DNA of 64,000 nucleotides from a bacterium (GTDB taxonomy: Bacteria > JACRDZ01 > JAQUKH01). Below, piece after piece: positions 44,339-53,609 of this stretch. How positions within the stretch are numbered: the first letter of the stretch is position 1; the number at the start of each line of letters is the position of its first letter. The notes beneath the pieces were generated by a model that searched no databases, had not been told where the DNA came from, and worked only from the letters and a program-made list of their open reading frames with translations. The stretch is from positions 5,604-69,603 of the forward strand of contig JBFMCF010000083.1 in assembly GCA_040754625.1 (NCBI GenBank). Direction: 5' to 3'. The translations under genes were made by a program, and so were the position numbers.

Positions 44339-45249
44339 CCCAGGGCGTTTATTACGAAAACCGCGAACCGGTCCTTACATGGGATAATATTGCCGGTTAT
44401 CCCGGGATTAAGGAAAAGGTTAAACAATTGGTTTCCCTGCCACTGGTATGCGGAAGCGAATTGGAAAGACAAGGAATACAGCTTCCCACCGGCGTAATGC
44501 TCTGGGGGCCGCTGGGGGTGGGTATAAAAATGATGGCGGAGGCCGCCGCGAGCCACGCAGAGGTGAGGCTGGTTTATGTTTCCGGCCGGGAAATTTTAGG
44601 CAAGCCGCGTGATCTGCAGGAGGCATTTAAAACCGCCCGTCTTAACCGGCCGTGTGTTCTTTTTGTTTCGGATACCGAGTGGCTCGCGCCCCAGCCGCAT
44701 GCTGATTATTCATGGCCATTACCCCCTTCAGGGGGAAGGGGGGCACCTGAAGGGGGAGGGTGTTTCAGCCGCGGTAAACCTTCTGCCTTTGCCGACAGGG
44801 AAATGACTACTGTATTTCTGGAAGAGCTTGACAATATTTCAGGAATAAGAGATATTGCTTTGGCTGGCTCATGCTACCGCATTGATGCGGTCGACCAGTG
44901 CCTTTTTAAGGAAAAATCAAGGTTTAACAGAAAAATATTTGTTCCCCCTCCTTCGTCCGTTGACAGGGAATATATGTTTAAATTTTTTGTTAATAAAATA
45001 AATCTTGCGGGAAAAAATAAACTGGATCTGGAGAAATTTGCCAGAAACACTGAAGGTTATACCGGCTGGGACATAGAAAATTTGTGCAAAGACGTGGTTC
45101 TCCAGGCTGTGCAAAATAAAAGCGGTGAAATAAAAGAGGAGTATTTTAATAACGCTTTATTAAAAATTAAACCCTGGCTTACAAAAGAAATGACAAAAAA
45201 ATATTTTGAGCTTTATGAACAGGATTGCCCCCATTATTATCACTTTTAA
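44323..45249 (+). CDS. AAA+ ATPase-like protein with degenerate Walker A/B motifs and a Gly-rich insert (possible pseudo-ATPase). The track start at 44248 overlaps the MOSC gene by 90 nt; ATG at 44323 is preferred.
   Basis: LWGPLGVGIKMMAEAAAS stands where GPPGTGKT is expected. RPCVLFVSDTEWLAP stands where Walker B hhhhDE is expected. C-terminal lid-like YTGWDIENLCKDVVLQAV. Insert WPLPPSGGRGAPEGGGCFSRG is encoded by a GC-rich palindrome. Confidence 0.45.
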   Translation: MHNKLAQGVYYENREPVLTWDNIAGYPGIKEKVKQLVSLPLVCGSELERQGIQLPTGVMLWGPLGVGIKMMAEAAASHAEVRLVYVSGREILGKPRDLQEAFKTARLNRPCVLFVSDTEWLAPQPHADYSWPLPPSGGRGAPEGGGCFSRGKPSAFADREMTTVFLEELDNISGIRDIALAGSCYRIDAVDQCLFKEKSRFNRKIFVPPPSSVDREYMFKFFVNKINLAGKNKLDLEKFARNTEGYTGWDIENLCKDVVLQAVQNKSGEIKEEYFNNALLKIKPWLTKEMTKKYFELYEQDCPHYYHF

Positions 45250-45392
45250 AGTCCATGTGTGACTTTTTTTTGAAGGTTTTGCCTGATTTTTGCGGAATTA
45301 ATCCGCCTAAGGCTGAGACTAAAGCAAAAAATCAGACAAAACCTACAAATATCTTAAAATTAGTCGCACACACAGCGTAAACCTGATAAAAA

Positions 45393-47771
45393 ATGAATTT
45401 TAGATTTTTCTTGCCTGAAAAACGCCATTTACCCGGGATATTCATTGTTTCCTTAACCACAATTTTCTATGAAATATTATTAACGCGTATTTTTGCCGTT
45501 ATTATCTATTATCATTTTGCTTCCCTGTCTATTGCCCTTGCCCTTATGGGATTAAGCATCGGAGCTGTATTTTATTATTGGACACAGAACTATGCCAGGA
45601 ATAATTACACTAAAATTGTTTTCTATTCTTTTATCTTTTATTGTATTAGTTTTATTTTTGTCTTTTTGATGCTTTTTTTCCTGTCATTAAATGCTGAAAA
45701 AGTATCAAACCTGCTTAATTATTTCCGGCACCCTTTTTACAGGCCGTCACAGATAGTATTGAACAATCCGGGAATATTCTCACTTTTTTTGATGTGGATT
45801 AGTTTTTTTTTCATGCTTTTACCCTTTGTTTTAAGCGGATATTTATCAAGCCTGTTTTTGACCGTCTCATCTTTTGAGATTGAAAAAACATATTTTTGGA
45901 ATTTGTTTGGCGCAAGTTTGGGCTGTATTTTAATTTTTGTTTTGCTTCCTGTTTTCGGCGGCCCGAATTTATTTATATTTATAGCTGTTTCCGGAATAGG
46001 TTTAGGGTTTTTATCGCTTTCTTTCTCAAAAACAGAAAAAGTATTTTTGGCAGTATTATTGATTATAATATCAGTATTATTTATATATTCCGTTAAAAGT
46101 AATCCCGCGAAAATAAATTTTGTAAGGTCAAGGTTTCAAGATATATTGAAAAGCCGGTGGAATTCTTACTCCTACGTTGCGGTTTATCCGTTCCAGGATG
46201 ATATGGAAATAGGCAATTTATGGGGTTTGAGCTCCGTGTATACAGGTTTTGTCCCGCCCCACTTAAATATGGTTGTTAATGAAATAGACTACACCCCGAT
46301 AATAAATTTTGACGGGGATTTATCAAAGCTGGAATTCCTTAAATATGATTTAATATCATTGCCATACTATTTGCTGGAACAGCCTGAAGTGCTGATAATC
46401 GGCCCCGGCGGCGGCAAAGAAATTCTCCTCGCGAAATTTTTTAACTCCAGGAAAATCGATGCCGCGGAGATAAATCCCCTGGTTATTGATTTTGTTGATA
46501 ACGAATTTAAAGAATTCAGCGGGAGCCCCTACAGCTTGGAAAATGTTGCCGCGATTGTAGATGACGGGAGAAACGCAGTAAAAACAGGCGGTAAAAAATA
46601 TGATTTAATTACCGCCACGCAGGTTTACGCCTATCTTGATCCTGTTGCGTCAGCATTCAGTTTCACGGAAAATTATCTTTATACGAAGGAGGCGTTTATC
46701 GATTATTTAGATCACCTTAACCCGGGAGGCATGATAACGATAATCAAGCCCTTTGTCCCTGAGGAAAAACTCAGGATTTTTTCCCTGGCAAGGGCATCGT
46801 TGGAAACAAGGGGTGAAAAGGATTTTTCAAAACATTTGATGCTTTTGAGGGAACGCGGCATGAATATTTTTGTAATGAAAAAAGAAAGGTTCACACAGGA
46901 AGAGATTGGGAAAGTAAAAGAAATCTGCAGTGAGAAACAATTCGATATTTTATACTATCCGGGTCTTGAAGGCGAAGGTGACTTGTTTGATTTTATAAAC
47001 GCAAAAGATGAAAAGGCCTTCTATAAAAATTATCCTCTGGATGTCCGCCCGAGCACCGATGACCGGCCCTTCTTTTCCACATTTTTAAAACCGGTGGATT
47101 TCTGGCTGGGGCACTGCCCGAAGGAAAAAAGGGATTTCCCTTTAAAAGTGGTTTTTACATTAAGAAAATTTTTATTGATATTCTTATTTATAAATCTGCT
47201 GCTGATTGCGGTTTTTGGTTTTAAAGAAAGAAGTATCGCAATTCCGTCATATTTTTCTTTTCTCGGGATAGCATATATGCTTGTGGAAATTACCCTTATC
47301 CGAAAATTTATATTTTTACTGGGGCACCCCGTTTACGCGGTTTCACTTATTCTTTTCAGCCTGCTTTTATTCAGCGCGGCGGGGAGCCTGGCAAGCAAAA
47401 AAATGGAAGGCCTTTTGAAGCGAAAAGCAGCAATTTTTATCTTTTTATTTTTTTTAATACTGTTTTACAGCTATCCCCTGGACAGTGTATTTAACAGTTT
47501 TATTCCACTGCCTTATTATCTCAAATATATCCTTACTATATTTTTGCTTTTCCCTCTGGGCTTTTTTATGGGGATGCCTTTCCCATTGGGAATAAACGCG
47601 CTTAAGGAAAGCAGATCCATTTCTTATGTATGGGCGGTCAACGGAGCAAGCTCGGTATTCGGCTCACTGCTTGCCCTGGTCTTGTCAATGAGTATCGGCT
47701 ATAACCTGACTATTCTTCTGGCAGGGCTTGTTTATCTTTCGGCGGGATGTCTTGCAAACAGGAATATTTAG
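45393..47771 (+). CDS. Polytopic membrane protein with a central spermidine-synthase-like (class I SAM-dependent aminopropyl/methyl-transferase fold) domain.
   Basis: Many predicted TM helices at both ends. Central VLIIGPGGGKEILLAKFF...IDAAEINPLVIDF...VDDGRNAV...YDLITATQVYA matches spermidine synthase motifs. Confidence 0.6.
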   Translation: MNFRFFLPEKRHLPGIFIVSLTTIFYEILLTRIFAVIIYYHFASLSIALALMGLSIGAVFYYWTQNYARNNYTKIVFYSFIFYCISFIFVFLMLFFLSLNAEKVSNLLNYFRHPFYRPSQIVLNNPGIFSLFLMWISFFFMLLPFVLSGYLSSLFLTVSSFEIEKTYFWNLFGASLGCILIFVLLPVFGGPNLFIFIAVSGIGLGFLSLSFSKTEKVFLAVLLIIISVLFIYSVKSNPAKINFVRSRFQDILKSRWNSYSYVAVYPFQDDMEIGNLWGLSSVYTGFVPPHLNMVVNEIDYTPIINFDGDLSKLEFLKYDLISLPYYLLEQPEVLIIGPGGGKEILLAKFFNSRKIDAAEINPLVIDFVDNEFKEFSGSPYSLENVAAIVDDGRNAVKTGGKKYDLITATQVYAYLDPVASAFSFTENYLYTKEAFIDYLDHLNPGGMITIIKPFVPEEKLRIFSLARASLETRGEKDFSKHLMLLRERGMNIFVMKKERFTQEEIGKVKEICSEKQFDILYYPGLEGEGDLFDFINAKDEKAFYKNYPLDVRPSTDDRPFFSTFLKPVDFWLGHCPKEKRDFPLKVVFTLRKFLLIFLFINLLLIAVFGFKERSIAIPSYFSFLGIAYMLVEITLIRKFIFLLGHPVYAVSLILFSLLLFSAAGSLASKKMEGLLKRKAAIFIFLFFLILFYSYPLDSVFNSFIPLPYYLKYILTIFLLFPLGFFMGMPFPLGINALKESRSISYVWAVNGASSVFGSLLALVLSMSIGYNLTILLAGLVYLSAGCLANRNI

Positions 47772-47795
47772 TTTAATATTAGCTAATAATATTTT

Positions 47796-48089
47796 TCAAT
47801 TACTGTCATAGGCATTAGAGTGTAATGAACAGTTATGAAATTTTATTTTTTTCTTTGGTGAATGGGTTATATCCAGAAGACCATCAATAGAAATATCTTC
47901 ATCAATTAAAGGCCAGTGGATGCCATAACCTGAAGGAGAAATTTCAAATTTATTTCTTTCGATAGTGCTCGCTTTGGATAATCTCTCCGAAATTTCTTTG
48001 AGTTGGTATGTATGTTCTTTATCATCAATATTTATTATCAATTTATTCCCAACTATTTTGATATTTTTTATTTTATGAATCTTATCCAT
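47796..48089 (-). CDS. DUF2442-family small protein (downstream partner of the DUF4160 pair).
   Basis: 97 aa. ...YQLKEISERLSKAS...FEISPSGYGIHWPLIDEDISIDGLL resembles DUF2442. Abuts the preceding gene with no gap (48089/48090). Confidence 0.55.
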   Translation of the reverse strand: MDKIHKIKNIKIVGNKLIINIDDKEHTYQLKEISERLSKASTIERNKFEISPSGYGIHWPLIDEDISIDGLLDITHSPKKKIKFHNCSLHSNAYDSN

Positions 48090-48344
48090 TTAGTTTTTCC
48101 TTTTTTGAAAATCTTTCCATTGTTGTTCAATATATTCAAAATGTTCAAAGATGATTTTTTTAATTTCTCTTTTATCTTTTCTACTCATATTATAGGCAAA
48201 AACCTCTTCTAAGTCAAATTCACTAACAAGGAGCCAATATTTACATTCTTTTTCACTTTTCCTGCAATGGATATGAATTGGTTCGTTTCCTTCATTAGCA
48301 TAAAAAAATAATCTCCAGCCTAATATTTGTAGAATTGTTGGCAT
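48090..48344 (-). CDS. DUF4160-family small protein.
   Basis: 84 aa. ILGWRLFFYANEGNEPIHIHCRKSEKECKYWL matches the DUF4160 signature (F-x-F-Y-x-x-E-H-x-P-P-H-I-H). Confidence 0.6.
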   Translation of the reverse strand: MPTILQILGWRLFFYANEGNEPIHIHCRKSEKECKYWLLVSEFDLEEVFAYNMSRKDKREIKKIIFEHFEYIEQQWKDFQKRKN

Positions 48345-48443
48345 ATTATAATATAATACTTAGAGTTTATTTATATCTTTTTTCTTGTCGATTGAATTTT
48401 ATAAACGAATTATAGCATATATAAAATAAATATTTTACTGTTT

Positions 48444-49781
48444 TTAATACGGTTTATATTGACTGAATTTGGCTTTGCAAAAAATAATAATATTTTCTAA
48501 TCCCCATCCCGCAAAGATCGCGAGAAAGGGCAGAAACAGGAATCTTTGCCTGGCGTCACCGAAAAATACGAGGGTGGTTATCTGGGAATAAAACAGGACA
48601 AGGTAAAGAAGAAGAAAAGTCCGCTTTTGCCTTAGAGAAAAAATAAACCCGGAAAAAACAAGGGCCGGGAAGGAAACATAAAATAACAGGTCAATTAATT
48701 TTAACTTGACCGGTATCGCGGGCCAGCGGGTATGGGGACTCCAGTACTGCCAGAAGCAGTAAATTTTTCGAGGTAATAGTTTGATGAAGGGAAGCGGGTT
48801 ATCTTTAATCCAGATAAGCCCCTGCAGGTAATATTTTCTGTCGGCTTCCTTTTCGCTTAAGCCTGAAGAAAAATTCCCAGGGTCAAGTTCGGAAAGATAC
48901 ATGTTTTGCCACGTGTCTCCCTCCCATTTTGTCCAGTCTCTTTTTTCATCCCCCTGCGGTATCCCCTCGGAATAATAGAGGCGGGGTGAACCGCTGACAA
49001 GGATTGCGTCGCCCTGTGCCTGGGGATTATTGCCGGCAAGGAACATCCTGCCCCCGCCCGTAGCGATGGGGATAAAACCGTTAAAAATTTTCCAATTTCT
49101 TATCATCCATGGTGCTATGACTGTTAATGTCGTTAAGGTAATTATTAAAAATATTTTAGCCGCCTCTTTTTTTGGAAATTTTAAAAAGGCCCATAGAGGA
49201 ATAATAAAAAGAAAAGAAATAAAATTGGGGCGGGTCAGGTTAGTCAATCCGAGAAAAAGCCCTGATGCGGCCTGGTTGAAAAAAGACGGGGTTATTTCCG
49301 TCTTTAAAAGATAATAGATTGTCAGCAGGGAAAAAAGAACGCATAGATTTTCAGTTAAAAACCAGCCTGAGACATAAATATAAGAGGGAATGATGCTCAG
49401 GATTATTAAAGAAAAATAAGGGAACAGAGAAAAGTTGTCTGTTTTTGAAATATTCCGAAGGAGGTTTTCAGAAAACATGAATGTGAAAATGCAGGTTAAA
49501 ACAGCTAAAAAAATATGGCCTATTCTGGCCATGGCGAAATTATGCCCAAAAAAAAGGTAGATTAAAGCAATAAAAGCAGGGTACAAGGGAGGTTTTTTTG
49601 CAGTCGGAGCGTCCGGATTGGAACCATACCCTCCACCTTGTGAAAGATTATAACCCACTTGTTCAAGAAAATAACCATGGGATTCCGGTGAAGAGTAAAA
49701 ACCGGTAAAATAGTAAATATACAGGAAACGCAAAAGAAAAGCTAAAGACAGAATTAATAAAAACCAATAGTTTTTTTTCAT
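48444..49781 (-). CDS. Polytopic membrane glycosyltransferase of the PMT_2/ArnT-like (GT39/GT83) family, paralogue 1 of 3.
   Basis: About 11 predicted TM helices. Conserved periplasmic-loop motif APTAKKPPLYPAFIALIY early in the protein. Aromatic-rich periplasmic loops (WEGDTWQNMY). Confidence 0.6.
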   Translation of the reverse strand: MKKNYWFLLILSLAFLLRFLYIYYFTGFYSSPESHGYFLEQVGYNLSQGGGYGSNPDAPTAKKPPLYPAFIALIYLFFGHNFAMARIGHIFLAVLTCIFTFMFSENLLRNISKTDNFSLFPYFSLIILSIIPSYIYVSGWFLTENLCVLFSLLTIYYLLKTEITPSFFNQAASGLFLGLTNLTRPNFISFLFIIPLWAFLKFPKKEAAKIFLIITLTTLTVIAPWMIRNWKIFNGFIPIATGGGRMFLAGNNPQAQGDAILVSGSPRLYYSEGIPQGDEKRDWTKWEGDTWQNMYLSELDPGNFSSGLSEKEADRKYYLQGLIWIKDNPLPFIKLLPRKIYCFWQYWSPHTRWPAIPVKLKLIDLLFYVSFPALVFSGFIFSLRQKRTFLLLYLVLFYSQITTLVFFGDARQRFLFLPFLAIFAGWGLENIIIFCKAKFSQYKPY

Positions 49782-49807
49782 TTCAATATCCCAAACCCCT
49801 CTTTATC

Positions 49808-49855
49808 TCCCCTTATCAGGGGAGAAATTATGAACTATCCCCCTGATAAGGGGGA
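49808..49855 (-). terminator. Intergenic inverted repeat (14-15 bp stem, 16-nt loop) between two co-oriented minus-strand genes. Possible terminator or RNA-processing hairpin, but it lacks a clear U-tract.
   Basis: ctccccttatcagggg ... cccctgataaggggg are reverse complements. Confidence 0.35.
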
Positions 49856-49863
49856 TATGGGGG

Positions 49864-50976
49864 TTAATAAAATTCTTCGACGACAATATCGATATTTTCT
49901 CTGATTTCATTATCTTTAATATTTATTATGTGTTCAGTTGTCCCGTTATATGCGCCGACGAGATCTCCCGGGGCGAGAGGCCCGCCGAAGGTATTTCTTG
50001 CGCCCAGGTAATAATTTCCGCCGCGGCTTAGAAAGATTTCGTAAAATCCGTCTTTTTGCGTCACAACAGAGCGGTATAAAGGTTTTCCTATCATTTGTGA
50101 ATCCTGGTATACAAACGCGTAAATTCCTTCTTTTGGCCTGCCTGATTTATCTTTAATTGTTCCACTGATAATCGTTTGGGTATTTGGTTTTATCTCACCC
50201 TCCAGTATGCTTTTTAATTTCCCGGGGTCTATTGTTTCTAAAACAATAGACCTAAGATTTGTGTAATTATTTATTTTGACTTCCACAGGGTTCTTTTCAT
50301 AGTCGGTGTTTAAATCGCCTTTTTTTAAGCCTCCGAATTTATCTTTATTTGCTCTTTTCCGGGCGGTAACATAATATTTGCCCGCGGGTAAATCAAGCAG
50401 GAAATTTCCGGCTTTGTCCGGCTTTGTCAAAGCATGATAAGACGGTCCGCGCAAGTCACTGTCGCTGTTTAAATAAACATAAATAAATACACCTTCCATA
50501 TTATCCGCTCCTGAAACTATTTTACCTTTTATCCCTGTGTTTTTTGGCGAGGCTGCCAGAGATTCAGTTTTAATTTCTTCCAATTCAAGGTTTATATCAA
50601 GCCATTTGTTTTCCTCGACGGTAATAGGATTTTGATTGTAATTTACCTGGTAATCTCCAATCCGTAAAGGTCCCGTCGAGGCGTAATTCCAGCGTTTTCG
50701 CGCTAAAAGAAAATACTTCCCTGGCTTTGGAGAGATTGAGTATTCTCCGCCGCGTTTGGTTGCCTCAGAGATAGCAGTGTATTGTTTTTTATAACCGGTA
50801 TCTTCGTCGTTATAAAGATAAACGAATGCGAAGTCTATAGGTTTGCCCTGGTAAGTTACAACGCCTTTTACTCCATAATTTTTAGCTGGTTTTTTCTCCG
50901 TGGATTTTTGGCAGCCGCTGAATAAAATAAAAATATGGACAAATAAAATTATTGTTTTAAAAATGTTATTTTTCAT
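49864..50976 (-). CDS. Secreted/lipoprotein-like hypothetical protein with three repeated ARKR...G-x-L-x-x-GD...NP modules. Paralogue of 41557-42345.
   Basis: Signal peptide with Cys (ILFSGCQKS). YFLLARKRWNYASTGPLRIGDYQVNYNQNPITVE, YYVTARKRANKDKFGGLKKGDLNTDYEKNPVEVK, YYLGARNTFGGPLAPGDLVGAY. Confidence 0.5.
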   Translation of the reverse strand: MKNNIFKTIILFVHIFILFSGCQKSTEKKPAKNYGVKGVVTYQGKPIDFAFVYLYNDEDTGYKKQYTAISEATKRGGEYSISPKPGKYFLLARKRWNYASTGPLRIGDYQVNYNQNPITVEENKWLDINLELEEIKTESLAASPKNTGIKGKIVSGADNMEGVFIYVYLNSDSDLRGPSYHALTKPDKAGNFLLDLPAGKYYVTARKRANKDKFGGLKKGDLNTDYEKNPVEVKINNYTNLRSIVLETIDPGKLKSILEGEIKPNTQTIISGTIKDKSGRPKEGIYAFVYQDSQMIGKPLYRSVVTQKDGFYEIFLSRGGNYYLGARNTFGGPLAPGDLVGAYNGTTEHIINIKDNEIRENIDIVVEEFY

Positions 50977-52288
50977 ATTGCCCTTTTTTTAATCTTGTTA
51001 AGGTATTTTTTGCGGAATATATTCCAAGTGCCGAAAAAATAAGTATAAAGCTCCCGACCCGCATTCTTTGCTGTATATCTCCGAAGTGGTATAACGCTAT
51101 AATAATCTGGTGAATGATAAGGAGATATAAAAAAATATAATTTTTCCATTGTTTTATGCTTGCGGCGATTCCAAGCAAAAAAAACGGCAGGATGATAAGT
51201 TCGAATAAAAAAGAAATGTTCCTGAAAGTGTTTGATAAAAAGGGGCTTACTGAATGTTTTGAAAAAGGGTGCCATAAGATTAAAAATTTTTTCCCAAGCA
51301 GTTTAAAATATTTAATGGGATTGTTTTTAATCCAGTCTATCGCGAGTTTAAAGTAACGTCCGTTAATTTCAGGTTCAGACAATGTGTCTTTTTTATTGAG
51401 AACGAGTTCCTGAAAAGGATATCCCATTTTTTCCGACAACTCTATCCAATTGGATGCATCGTGCCACCCGGGTTTCTGGCTGTCAAAAAAGAAGCGGGCT
51501 GAGCCGATCCACGGGAGCCAGTTACCGTCGGCCCTGGGATTGTTCCCGCCCCAGAAACGGACGCCGCTTTCTGTGTTATTGTAGATAACTTTTTTAAAAG
51601 CAATATAATTGCGCGCCATCCAGATAGAAACGGGGATAAATATTCCAAGAGTTATCAATAAGGCGTTTTTTAGCCGGTTTTTTGGGAATTTATAATATGC
51701 CCATATAAAAGGCAGAGGGAAATAAAACGCTGTTCCATATTGAACTGAAAGGGTCGCGAGGCCTATGCATAATCCACAGGCCAGAAATACCGGAGGTTTC
51801 AGTTTTTCCATGGGCAGTGTAAGAAGATATACACCCAGGGCCAGGGTAAAATACATGAATGTGTTTGAAAGCACCCACCATGAATTATAAATTAACAAAG
51901 GGGAAATGGCCGCGAGCGCTGCGGAAATTAAGCCGGTTTCTTCATTGACGGTGTTTCTTGCGATAAGGTAAACCAGGAAAGGTGTAAGGCTTGAAAAAAT
52001 AATAAGGAAAATCCTCACGGCGGTATAATTATGCGTCCCGAAAATTTTATAGATCAAGCTCATAATAAGTATGAATGCCGGCGGTTTTTTTGCAGTGGGA
52101 ATCCCGGGGTAAACCGAGTAACCATGGCCCGTTGCAAGATTATAGGCAACCTTGTCGAGGACGATACCGTCGATTCCCGGCGTGGCGTTTATATCATAGA
52201 ATAAATTAAACGCAATACGCAGGCAGGACGCAAGTGTTATGAGAAAGATGATATGTTTCAGGTTTGTTTTATTGGTATTTTGTTCCAT
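50966..52288 (-). CDS. PMT_2/ArnT-like membrane glycosyltransferase, paralogue 2 of 3.
   Basis: IPTAKKPPAFILIMSLIY motif. Multi-TM architecture. Clear paralogy to 48444-49781 and 52258-53571. Confidence 0.6.
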   Translation of the reverse strand: MEQNTNKTNLKHIIFLITLASCLRIAFNLFYDINATPGIDGIVLDKVAYNLATGHGYSVYPGIPTAKKPPAFILIMSLIYKIFGTHNYTAVRIFLIIFSSLTPFLVYLIARNTVNEETGLISAALAAISPLLIYNSWWVLSNTFMYFTLALGVYLLTLPMEKLKPPVFLACGLCIGLATLSVQYGTAFYFPLPFIWAYYKFPKNRLKNALLITLGIFIPVSIWMARNYIAFKKVIYNNTESGVRFWGGNNPRADGNWLPWIGSARFFFDSQKPGWHDASNWIELSEKMGYPFQELVLNKKDTLSEPEINGRYFKLAIDWIKNNPIKYFKLLGKKFLILWHPFSKHSVSPFLSNTFRNISFLFELIILPFFLLGIAASIKQWKNYIFLYLLIIHQIIIALYHFGDIQQRMRVGSFILIFSALGIYSAKNTLTRLKKGQYEK

Positions 52289-53571
52289 AATTCACTTAAT
52301 TTCCCGATTGCGAGAGCGGCGAATATGCTAAAGAAAGGAGTTATCACAAGCCTTTGCTGGGCATCGCCGTAATATATTAAAGACCCGATAATAGAATGTA
52401 TAACAGCCAGGTATATAATTAAATATTTTCTCCATGCAGTTAGTGATAAGCAGGCACCATAAATAAAAAGCGGGAAAATAAAACAGTAAAATATAACAGC
52501 GGCCGTCCTGTAATTACCCGGTATTCTGGGAAACGCAGAGTGCGGATTGTACGGTTCAAAGAAATGATAAAGTTTCTTAGGAAGGAGTTTTAGAAAGGAC
52601 AGGGGATTTTCCCTTATCCAGTCAAAACCCGCTTTATAATTCAATAAGTTGATTTCATAATCATTATAGTCTTTTTTATCGCTGAACAGGAGGTCCAGCC
52701 AGAGGTAATCTGCTTCACCAGCCCATGTCTCGAAGTCGGGAGAACCACCCCATCCCCGTCCGGAACCCGAGAAATAAAACCGGGGGGAACCGCTTGATGG
52801 CGTCCAATACCCTTGAGCCCGCGGATTGTTTGAACCGCGGAACCTATACCCGCCGTTTGTGACAATAGGGATAAATTTTTTATAGGCGATATAATTCCGT
52901 ATTGTCCATATTGAAACAGTCAGAGTTGTAGATAGAAATACTAAAGATGCGATTTTCACGGCATTTTTACGGTCAGGCCGGAAAATAACAAGTCCCCAGA
53001 GGAAAAGATAAGGGTAAAAAAGAAACGTGTTATAACCCATCGAGAGGCCTGCAAGACCCCAGAATACTCCGGATAAAACCTGGTTTAACAATGACGGCTT
53101 TTCAATTGTTTTAAGGCAAAAAAACACAGCGAGGGAAACAAATAAATAAACCAGGATATGGGCCAGGACCCATCCTGAAATATATACAAGAAACGGGTCA
53201 ATCATTACCAGGAAAGAAGAAATGACTGCCGCGCGGCTCCCGGCCAATTTTTTTGCAATAAGATAAATTATAACAGTGGACGCGCCGCCCAGGATAATTT
53301 GCGTTATTCTTAACGCGAGAAAATTACCTTTTCCGAAAAAAAGGTAAATCAAAGCCATAAAATACGGATAAATGGGAGGTTTTTTGGTGGTTGGGACTCC
53401 TTCTTTAACAACAAACCCAAGCCCGTTTGAAATGTTTGCCGCGACTCTGTCATAAAAAATTTCGTCCATCCCCGGCAGGGTATTAAATCCGGAAAAAAAA
53501 TAGACATAAAAAAATCTTATTGCAATTGCCAGAAAGAAAATTAAAATTATGGTTTTTTTTTCATTCAACAT
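52258..53571 (-). CDS. PMT_2/ArnT-like membrane glycosyltransferase, paralogue 3 of 3.
   Basis: VPTTKKPPIYPYFMALIY motif. Multi-TM architecture. Overlaps the next paralogue by 31 nt. Confidence 0.6.
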   Translation of the reverse strand: MLNEKKTIILIFFLAIAIRFFYVYFFSGFNTLPGMDEIFYDRVAANISNGLGFVVKEGVPTTKKPPIYPYFMALIYLFFGKGNFLALRITQIILGGASTVIIYLIAKKLAGSRAAVISSFLVMIDPFLVYISGWVLAHILVYLFVSLAVFFCLKTIEKPSLLNQVLSGVFWGLAGLSMGYNTFLFYPYLFLWGLVIFRPDRKNAVKIASLVFLSTTLTVSIWTIRNYIAYKKFIPIVTNGGYRFRGSNNPRAQGYWTPSSGSPRFYFSGSGRGWGGSPDFETWAGEADYLWLDLLFSDKKDYNDYEINLLNYKAGFDWIRENPLSFLKLLPKKLYHFFEPYNPHSAFPRIPGNYRTAAVIFYCFIFPLFIYGACLSLTAWRKYLIIYLAVIHSIIGSLIYYGDAQQRLVITPFFSIFAALAIGKLSELWNKIPIKQT

Positions 53572-53609
53572 ATAAAATATTCCGAAGGGGGGATTTCCTG
53601 CCCCTACAT

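Noticed and set aside
44700-44765. GC-rich palindrome as a possible independent mobile insertion or terminator inside the AAA-like CDS.
   Set aside because: It is in-frame and translated into a Gly/Pro-rich loop, with no flanking direct repeats. It is treated as part of the coding sequence.
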